A stretch of DNA of 64,000 nucleotides from Azolla caroliniana. Lineage: Eukaryota; Plantae; Polypodiophyta. The DNA is taken from positions 22,506,001 to 22,570,000 of the forward strand of contig JBHGNT010000003.1 of NCBI GenBank assembly GCA_043228905.1, given 5' to 3'. Below are positions 14,296 through 24,600 of this stretch, piece by piece. Numbering within the stretch: position 1 is the first letter of the stretch; the number at the start of each line of letters is the position of its first letter. The notes below the pieces were generated by a model. That model searched no databases. It was given only the letters and a program-made list of their open reading frames with translations, and was not told where the DNA came from. A program made the position numbers and the translations under genes.

Positions 14296-14519
14296 AGAAC
14301 TATACAACGTGGAGAGAGAGAGAGGGAGGGAGATAACATATAAGGAGAGAGAGAGAGAGGGAGGGAGGGAGACAACATATAAGGAGAGAGAGAGAGAGAA
14401 AGAAAGAAAGAAAGATATATTAACGTCTTCTAAGGCCAAATTTGGCCCATGAGACAATTGGTTTAGAGAGAGAGGGAGAGCTTGTACAATGTATACTATA
14501 TAGTATATAGTGGATCATC

Positions 14520-14553
<34 letters not shown>

Positions 14554-14734
14554 TTCTAAACCGGTTTGGAAACCGCTTTACAAGCCGTTTACCAAACCAG
14601 TTTAGGATAAACCGGTTTGTGAACCGGCTCGGCTCAGCTCAGGTTTGAGATCCTGTAAACGGTTTAGGCTTAGCTGGTTTGGCCTGATCCAAGCCAAACC
14701 GGCTAAGCCTAAACCGAACCGTTGCCGATCCCTA
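14058..14734. mobile_element. hAT-type MITE with perfect 8-bp TSD
   Basis: TIR TAGGGATCGGCAA...TTGCCGATCCCTA. TSD ACGACAAG at 14050-14057 and 14735-14742. GGCTC/AAACCG subterminal repeats and a (GA)n-rich core. Confidence 0.95.
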
Positions 14735-15790
14735 ACGACAAGATCAAACTATCTTAAACATAATACTAACACCTTCCTTACACACATGTTACACCAGATT
14801 AATCTTTGACATGAGTAGCTATTATTATATTTTATCAATTCCATGCCTTTCAACCACGTGACACTATTTTGTGCTTCACATTATTGAAAGTTCTCATTGA
14901 TGATGATGCACTATGAATGATAAAAGGAAGTTGTTATGACATTAATAATGATTGAGACACATTGTCCTTTATGCCATTAGGCTTTACATCATATATGGTA
15001 CAAATTGATCAAAGAGCTTTGGAAATGGTGTCACACAAAAGGATACAAAAAGAAATTTATAGATTACAATGGCAAGTATGGTAATGTGATTTAGAAGATA
15101 CTTTTTTTAAGGATGCTTTCTAAATTATTGAAGATTGTTTTCCTTTGTAGGCTCTTCCCTCTCGACAAGATGTAATTTAAATACATGAATATAAAAATAT
15201 GTAAATATGTTTGGGACTTAAGGGTATCTCTCTACTCTCATCTTCCCTTTCTTGTTGTCACTCTAGTGTCCATTCTCCCTACCTAAATATGGCCTTTTGT
15301 GTAGCACTAATACAAACTCTAAAGTTCGAACTACTGTAAGTTCTTGGAAGGTTTCTTCATTGAAAAATATTATGGCATCTAGGAAGTAAATAGTGATCCA
15401 TGAGTTTTCGACATTTTTTCTTATCACACTATCAAGATTATTGAAGGTAGGATTAGAGTACAATCATAGACATATGGACGCCATATATACACACACTTGT
15501 GCACATGGATAGATACATTAAGCAAGGCATAATTATGCACAATGCCATTGTCATACAAGTTATAAGGAAAGTATAGAACTTGTTGTACAAGTCTAATTAT
15601 ATAAATGGACCTAAATATACAGTGTCATTGCCAATTTGATATACCTCAACATTTTGGGTTTGTCAAGTTGAACTTCATTGAAACATTCTATACTAGATAA
15701 ACAGTGCATCAATTTTCAATGGATGTTATTACATGAATAGATATATGTAGTCTATTTGTGTGTGTAAAACTACATTACCACATCTTTGTC

Positions 15791-15842
15791 TAATACAACC
15801 CTTGTGATCCCCACTACTTCATTAGTAGCGATATGGTAAGGT
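15791..15842 (-). mobile_element. ~50-bp fragment of the 3' end of the LINE family found at 21009 and 58760
   Basis: TAATACAACCCTTGTGATCCCCACTACTTCATTAGTAGCGATATGGTAAGGT aligns with the reverse complement of ~60226-60278. Confidence 0.75.
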
Positions 15843-18016
15843 TATTATTATGGCTTATAAAAGTAAATTGCACTCCTCTTGATAGATCACTTCATGGCTC
15901 ACATTGTAGCATCATTCGGATGGAATTTAATCTATTTTGATGCATTTATTGTGCAAACCTATATTAGCTAGATAGAAGAGGTTCGAGAAGTTTTATGGCT
16001 TTAACTTCTCTAGCTTTAGTGTCTTAGAGAAAGATGTATACATAATGCATGCATATGCATTGTGCATATGTGTATCTTTGTCACAAATATTGCTCATGTG
16101 AATTTGAAGTTAATCCTGTTGCTATCTAGGTGGGGTTTGTACCATTGATTTTTGGTCTTATACTTTTACATTGTGCAATAGATGCATCAAATTTCATAGT
16201 ACTTTGCCACGTGATGCTTTACTTGGTATTCAAAGAACCCCCAAAAGAACAAATTAGATTGGTCTAATATTATCTTGGACATTTACATGTTAAATGCCCA
16301 ACCTAATATATCAAAGTCATCTTTGTCCAATACTACTTAAATCCCAATCATCATATTTATACTTAAATGAAACTACAATATGTGCATGGCTTATGTATAG
16401 TAGTGGTGCATCGGAGCAATATGCCCACAAAATACATCTAATGAACCACATATGTATATGTCATCTCTCACCAATGCTTGGTATATTCATACGTTATTTT
16501 GCTTCTCCAAGTGTTTGTATGCAAGTTGTATACCAAGGTGGAAGGGGAGACACAATAGGCCAACATTTTGTAGCATTGAGGTTTTTATTGGTAAATGCAA
16601 TATAGGCTTTACCTTTTCTTAATATCAAAGTAGTTTCTTTTACAAGAGAGGGTGTCCGAAAAGCTGTTTTAAGATTCTTTTCCGTTCCATACATAAAAAT
16701 GTGAAACTTTAATAATACTAACCCGTCAAATTTAGGTCCTGTAATAGATGGAAGGAGCTACATGACGACTTGTGAATGAGCCTCCAAAGATAAGGTCAAT
16801 CAAAATTTCAAAGGACATTGTTTGCATATCTACCAACAAAATATTTAGTGTGTGGTCCACGAAGAGAAATCGATTGAAGGTGCTTTAAACCCTTAGGTGA
16901 AGTTCAAAAGACAATGGACAAAAAGTATTTAAATTGACCTAGGCAAATTGCAATATTAATCATTACATAAAAAGATTCCCGGGATCTGTTTCAACTTCTT
17001 TCGACTTAAAACTGTGTTTGATCCATAAATTGTATTTGCTTTAATAATCATGTTATATAGATAGATGTCATGGGTGATGTCAACATGGTCTACGTTAAGG
17101 AAAGAAGAAATTGTACCATATTGAAAGGAGTAATTAATCTAGATGTAAAAGGCCGGTGGAAATGATGCAAGAGCAAACAAAATTTATGCATTACATTGAA
17201 AATTTCATTATTAGTACTTGCTACACAAAACATAAAGAAAGGAACAATCATGTTGACAAAGACACTTTGTCTAAAATCACGGTGGGTGGAACGACCTCAT
17301 CATGCTAAACGTTCTCTAGGAATACCTCTATCAATCATATTCATATGTTCCAAAGAATTGAGAAGTAATTTGTTTCGGGCAAATCCAACCAAAATTTCAC
17401 CTTTATCACTTTGAGCTCCTCCAAATATTGTTTCTAGTATTCATGGTTTTTATATTGTCCGTAAGAGACATAACAACTCTGTAGACTGTACACTTGCTAG
17501 CTTTATAGCATGTTCCTTCCTCCCAAAGTCGAGAACAAGAACTATAGCATTTGCTAAAAGACAAACATAACATTATCAAAAGATGATGCAATACATTGCA
17601 CAAAAAAACTTCAATACACATTAATTAAATAAACACACATGTGATAAATTGATTCAATAAACCAACATAAAATTATATGAGGATGAGATTTCTACAAGTC
17701 TGATATTTTCTACAATACATGTCATGACATATTTGTTGATCAATGCCATGGTCCAAATCTTCATACATTTCCATTGGCTTCACACAACCTCTTCAAAATT
17801 GGTAGCATTTGGTGTAGTGATGACCATGCATACATCAATAAACTTAAATTTTTATAAGAGATTTGGTTTTCATTTCACGCACTTTAAGAAACCTCTTCTC
17901 CACATGCAACTAATGACAGTGGCAACATGCACTCTTCTTTGAAGCTTCATTATCCATGGGAAAGATTGCCCTAGATCATGTTATATTGATGTATGTGATT
18001 ATTTTTAAAACAATTT

Positions 18017-18415
18017 CATCATAGTTCTATGAGTAAAAGAACTTCGCAACAATTGATCACATGACACAATAATTCAATGTCATGCAAACACAATTTACAT
18101 AAATCTTTCCTGGGATGATTGCACAACACTTGTAACCACCCTCTCATGTATGCAGTAAATTGTCCAAATCATTATCATAGTTCTATGAGCAAACAAACTT
18201 TGCAATAATTGATCACATAACACAATAATTCAATGTCATGCAAACACAATTCACATAAATATTTCGTGGGATGATTGCACAACACTTGTAACCACCCTCT
18301 CATGTATGCAATAAATTGTCCAAATCATTATCATAGTTCTATGAGCAAAAGAACTTTGCAATAATTGATCACATAACACAATAATTCAATGTCATGCAAA
18401 CACAATTTACATAAA
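18017..18415. repeat. Tandem repeat, 156-bp unit, ~2.6 copies
   Basis: ATAGTTCTATGAG recurs at 18021, 18177 and 18333, with near-identical sequence between the anchors. Confidence 0.9.
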
Positions 18416-19018
18416 GTAATCATGTGCACATTTTCACCTTTAACACATTGAATGCAATGTCCATGTAATGATGTGCAAAGCTGTTAATGTTAATGACAAT
18501 TATGCAACTACCTTTATTAAATAAAATTTCCAATTAAAGATATTGTAAAATGCATCAAACTCTTCTTTCCTTTTCTGCTCCATCTAAATCCTTTTATAGA
18601 GTTTGGTAGTACATTCCAAGATACATTCAATTATCTTGGCACACGTATATTTACTCATCTAGTTACCTCTAACTAACCTTTTAATAAACTATGGTATAAC
18701 TCCCCTAACCTTGGTTATAACTACTTGGGTTAGGTGAGGGTGCCCTATGGTTTACCACGCGATCCCACAACTCCCCCCTTCAAAAAACCAGAGTATGTCT
18801 ATTGTGCTTGATGGTGCCTCTACTCTGTTGCTATGGGGGCTACATCTGACGCATTTCCATTGTAGATAGCGTCTCAGTTGCTCATATTCGATGATGGCTC
18901 TAGTTCTTCCTGCTGGTTGGCTATGTTTGAAGGGTTTTCTCATCATCAAAGGAGACATCGTGGTGAGTTGCTTCTTGTGATGCTTGAGTTGTGACATATG
19001 GCTTCATCCGTATCACGT

Positions 19019-21696
19019 TATCGCGGAGAATTCCGGCTACTAGAGGAAAATGGGGTTTGAATACGTGTGAACGAGGGTGTGCGTTGATGCACTCAAATAT
19101 GCCTTTATGTATTGACACACGTAAATAGTGTAGGGCTAGTAGGTGCTAAGGACTAGGATTCAATAGGTACTTTAAAGTTCCCCACGGATAGAGTAGAATA
19201 TGGGAGTTTGACGCGAGGAGATCGAGGAAAATCTCTGTTTGAAGCGGCCGGTTTAACTACCTGATGTAACAACCCACTCTCTCCATGACCTATAAACCAG
19301 GAATGTATCGTGGCGTGCACCACTTTTTGACATTCTACGAAAGTGGCAGTGCCGCACACTTTAAGCAATCTTAAAAAAGGACGAGTTACACCCGATCTAC
19401 CCGCCGACCGTTCATTTCAAGTGGATGGTAGACTTAGTTACGATGTCAATGGGGGTTGGGCAAATGCGATACTTGTTGCTTGCATGGGAGGATCTAACGA
19501 ACCAAGTGGAAGGTTGGGCACTGTAGAACAAGACGACTACGGCCGTGTGCCGGTTCCTAATCGAACAGGTGGTTTGCCGATATAGGTACGTGGGTAAGAT
19601 TGTGGCCGACCGAGGGGAGCTGGATATGCGCGAAGCCGAAGAGCGGTTCAAACGGTTAGGGATTAAGCTCTCTTTGACTACGACGTACAATCCGGAAGCA
19701 AACGGGAAGGTGGAGCACGGACACGGCCCACTCGTAAAGGCGCTGATACGGGCATGCAAGTGACAGGTCGGGAATTGGCCACCGGCTTCTACCTTACGCG
19801 TTACGGGCGGACCGGACAACGCATAGTTCGGTGACTGGGTACATGTCGACGGAACTCATGTACGGGCAAAACTCGATCATGTCGATGGAGCGGACGATAT
19901 CTTCGTGGGCGGCGATCAATTGGACGAGCAAGATGCACCGAGAGGAGCTGCTGGTAGTGAGGATTTAGCAACTCAAGCGGAGTGCAGAGGACATGTAGAG
20001 GGCAAAGACAAAATTGCACGCGGTACGGGTGAGGAACAAGGACCGGTTCGATGAACGCACCGGCTACGACCGAGGAAGATCGAAGAAGGCGACTAGGTGT
20101 TGGTCTACGACAGTAGCCTTGACAACTAGCACAAGGCCACGTGGAAATTTGCGCGAAGATGGTTTGGGCCCTACGTGGTGACGAGCGCAAACAACAATGC
20201 CACATACCATCTTGCGGAGTTCGAGGGAACAAGGATAGCGGTACCAGTTGCAGTGAAGCAGATTAAGTCCTTCAAGAAGCGGCACGAGGAGGAGTCGGAT
20301 CCATAGTACGAGAGCAAGGATGGCGAACCCGGAGGTCGCCGATTCGAGGGTGGACGACGAGTAAAGAGAAACCAGAATTTCCTCCTTCCTTCTCTCGGCA
20401 CATACTGGTGGATGTGCGGTTTGGTAGGGGCGGATGTCGTGGAGGATTACGACTGCTAGAGGAAAAGGGGGTCCGAATGCAGGTGAACGAGGGTGTGCGT
20501 TGATGCACTCAAATATGCATTTATGTATGGACACATGTAAATAGCGTAGGGCTAGTAGGTGCTAGGGACTAGGAATTTCAATAGGTACTTTAAAGTTCCG
20601 CATGGATAGAGTGGAATATGGGAGTTTGACGCGAGGAGATCAAGGAAAATCTCTATCCAAAGCGGCCAATTTAACTACTTGATGTAACAGCCCACTCTCT
20701 CCATGGCCTATAAAAGGAGCGAGAGAGGACTAAGGAAGGGGGTAGATTTTAGGAGGACGAGGTGGTGTCAGTTTGGGGATCAAGTGCTCATTCTTTGTCT
20801 TTCTTACTCTCTGTTTTGTGCTTGATTCGGTTCGACGCCTCTCCTTGCACAAGAAGCCTGTGTACTCCCGACAGAGGCTCCCCGCAGTGTCTGGGTGTCT
20901 GTGTGCGGGTTTTGTTCGTCAAGTTTACAGCTCTGTTTTCCAGCCAAGCCGATTGTACTCTGTTTCGCAATCTAATCTTTCCGTTTGACATCTACTTACC
21001 TTCTTCTTCTTCTTTCGTAAATCAATGTTTGTTATTAAAACAAAATTATAATACACCCCTTGCTATCTTCACTACTTTATAAATAGTGATAGTGCAAGGG
21101 AAACCCTCTCAAGTATTGTAAAACTAGATGACATAAGTCTATCTCCTCTTGGGACAAGATCCCCATACAACATAGTTGTGAAAATTACCAAATCAATTTC
21201 CCTTTCATCCTACGGATTTGTTGTGCTATCCCATCAAGTCCATCAAACAAGAACTCATTTCTCATGGTCCAATTAAACCACATCCCCCAATATCTAAGGT
21301 AATCAAAAACCACCTTATATGATGGTGTGGGCATAACTTTATCCTCATCCATAAAAACCCATTTATAAGGTGACAAAATATTTCCTGTTATCGATGCCCA
21401 AATTTGTGACATAATCACCCAAATGGCCTTAGCTACCGAACATGTAATAAACCTATGTCTAGCATCTTCTTCAGCCACCGTACAGAAAAAACATGTCCCA
21501 TTCGAAATATGACTTCGTTTTAAGGCCATCGCCAAAGGCAACCCACCAACTATGGCACGCCAAAGAAACACCTTTGCACGGAATGGAAGATGACTTACCT
21601 TCTTCTTTCTGGGGTCTTCTTCTCCCTTTACTCCTCGGTCCAGGGCCCTCACGGTCCCGTCTATGATCCTACACGTACTCGCGGAATTCCGCGACA
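19019..21696 (+). mobile_element. Nested, internally deleted GC-rich Ty3/Gypsy element (truncated 5' LTR, integrase, PPT, 3' LTR)
   Basis: 19019-~19296 is homologous to 20435-~20715. The 3' LTR starts TGTCGTGGA at 20435 after the purine tract GGTAGGGGCGGA and ends TCCGCGACA at 21696. TSD ACGT/ACAT. Removing the element restores the outer frame V-H-V-I-R-M-K-P-Y. Integrase motifs 'KWMVDLV', 'IVADRGE', 'YNPEANGKVEHGH' and 'RWFGPYVV'. Confidence 0.9.
21009..21592 (-). mobile_element. 5'-truncated LINE (zf-RVT C-terminus, 3' UTR, GAA tail) inserted in the inner element's 3' LTR
   Basis: 'KVFLWRAIVGGLP..CFFC..EDARHRFITC..AKAIW' is a zf-RVT motif. 15-bp TSD ACTTACCTTCTTCTT at 20994-21008 and 21593-21607. 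Homologous to 59780-60310. Confidence 0.93.
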
Positions 21697-24600
21697 ACAT
21701 GCACATAGGTCATTTGTCCATGGCATCTCGACAGAGGGAATAATAAGTGTTGGCCTTCATTGATCGGATGACCGTAAAAGGGACAATCCATCGATACATC
21801 ATTGATTCACTGAGTCCTCGGCACCGGATCAGTAAATAGACTAGGACCTTTGCTCCTGTTGCGTACTTTATCTCGCAGCGGCCTTTATCATAGCACCACT
21901 TTTGTCGTGACTAAGCTAGTTGTAGATTCTTGTGTATGTTCAATCGTAAGATAGGTTGAACCTGTTGCAAATGTAACCACCAATCCGTTGTATCGGCTCA
22001 AGTATTTTTGTTGGGTAGATCCACCTTGATGTCGGGGGGTAAGCGGGGGTCTTGCCCATATAGTGTTCGGAAAGGGCTGATTCGAGTCAAGGATTGCACC
22101 AAGGTGTCATATGCGTGTGTGATGAAGGGTAGGATCAAGTCCCACGTTGTGTGTAATGGGTCGATGAATGTGGCAAGTTGTTGTTTAATCGTCTTGTTCA
22201 TCCGTTCTATTAATCTGTTCATCTAGGGATGATATGGGGAGGTAAATATCGGTTGAATGCCTAACTGTGTGGCTAATGCTTGCAATACCTCTCCACTAAA
22301 TTGCAGTCCTTTATCTGATAGGATGCGACCTGGACAGCCATGTGGGAAAACAATCCGCTCCATCAACTTTGTTGCTATGGTGACGGCATGTGCATCTGGA
22401 ATTGCGGCGGCTTCGGTCCATTGCGTCAAGTATTCGAAGATGACTAAGATATACATGTTTCATGCCTAGGATTTGGGAAAAGGGTCGATGATATTCGGGA
22501 AAAGACGGTAATAGACTAGAGTAGGCCGTCGTTGGAATGAGGTGGTTTAATCTGTTGACATGAGTGGTATTGTTTGATGTAGGTTGCCATCGTTGTACGC
22601 ATTTGCGGCCAATAATACCGAAGACGGATCTTGTACAACACCTTGAGGAATCGGAGGTGGCCAGACATCGGGTGATCGTGAAAAAAATTCAAATATAAAT
22701 TCCGCAAGCTATTTTGTATGTAGATCCGTGGCTCTTTCCCTGTTTGTATAAAGTATAAGACATTGTTTTGCAATTGGAAATGTGTGTGTACCTTTTTGCA
22801 TGTTGTCAACTGGATCTCATGGGTGATTTGTCGTATTTGCTCATCGGCTTGTTGTAGGGTTGCTATTTGGGCCATTGTTGTGGGCATTTGGACTAGTGTA
22901 GGATGGAATTGAACACATTGTGTTTCTACCCTTGACAAACCATCGACGATAAGATATTGTAGGGTTGCTATTTGGGCCATCGTTGTGGGCATTTGGACTA
23001 GCATAGGATGGAATTGAACACATTGTGTTTCTACACTTGATAAATCATCGACGATAAGATATTGGACTCCTTTTTTATAAGTCAATGTGAACCGATATTC
23101 CTGTAAAGCCATTGCCCATCTTAATAGGCGACCTGGTGGTTGGGGCTTGTTAATTAGATGAATTAGGGGTTGGTGGTCTATTTTGACCTTGACAACCTCG
23201 GTCTTCTATAGGCCTTCGGTAGAAATTATGTAGCCCAAAAACTTTAGTTGGGTGCTACCTCATCTGCATTTCTTCTACTGTAATTTCAGATTGTGTTGTT
23301 GTATTCGTTGTAGAACTGTGTGGCTACGTGGAAGTATGAATTAGAATGTCATCCAAGTATACAAGGATTGTACCTTTAGAGATAAGGTCTGCGAATATTG
23401 AATTTGCCATCCGCTAAAATGTGTTGCCTGCATCGGACCAGCCAAATGGCATCGTGTTGAATTGGAATAGGCCTCTTTGTGTTCTGAAAGTTGTCTTATG
23501 TGCATCTCTTGGGTCCATTGGAATCTGCCAATATTCGGCGGCAAGATCGATAGAGGTGAAGTACGTCGAGCATCCCAACTGGTCCAAGAGATCATTGATT
23601 CACGACAGAGGATAAAGGTCATGGATGGTGACTTGATTGAGCTTGCAAAAGTCAACACAAAATCGGTATGTGTCGTCATCCTCTTTTGACCATGTGTGGC
23701 TCTGATACCCAATCATTATGTGAGGGTGAGGTGATCCCCTTTTGAAGCATCTCATTCACTGCTTGGTCAATGTGTGCATGATCTAAAGGAGAATGTCATC
23801 TTGTTGTTGTCCGGACAGGTGTTGCGATCCTTGTGTTGATGACATGTTGGACTTGGAATGAGACTGTAGTGGGGTTGTCAGATGAGTTGATTAGCTCAGG
23901 GTATTGAGCTAAAACCTTTTGGACATCGTTTAGTCAAACCTCCTTGCTTAATGTTACCGGTGCATTACTGATTTGTTGGTTGCATTTGCTTGTGAAGAGA
24001 GGAACTGGCCTTGCTTGTGGTAATGTGAGGTGATGCATATGGAAATCTAGTTGGGCCTTGCTCTGGATGAACCAATCACATCCAAGTGTGAGTGGGAACA
24101 ATTGATGTGGAAGTACGTAAAAGGTGTGTGTGATTGTGGTGGGGCCAAGCTTGAGTGTGCAGACGGTTGTGGTGTTGGACTTATATAGGTGTTGGTGATC
24201 GCCGAACAACACTTTGACGGGGGGGGGGGGGGGGGGGGGGGGCTTTGGAGGTTGTAGGATTGTGGCGATCGACCAAATCTTGGATGATGGAAGATATGCT
24301 ACTATCGGAATCGAAGATAACTTCGTGTGGGCTATTGAGCATTGTGACCATGTCCATGCACACAGGAGAACTTAAGGATGTGGATGCTTGTATGTGCAGG
24401 GGTAGTGCTCCCTTCAACACCCCGTGACTCAGTTTTCCGACAAGTCGGCCCGGTAACTATTCTCAACCAAATGTACTTGCACATTCTGCTTTTGTGTTTG
24501 ATTGTTCCATTTCCGACAGTGTTTCTTTACATGCCCATAGTTATTGCCAAAAAAAACACTTAGGTCTTCCTTGTGCATCACAGTTGGCAGGGTCCTTGCA

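Noticed and set aside
20981-20995. TTTGACA at 20990 as the end of the inner LTR
   Set aside because: No TSD matches there. The end at 21696 gives longer inverted termini, a 4-bp TSD and restores the outer reading frame.
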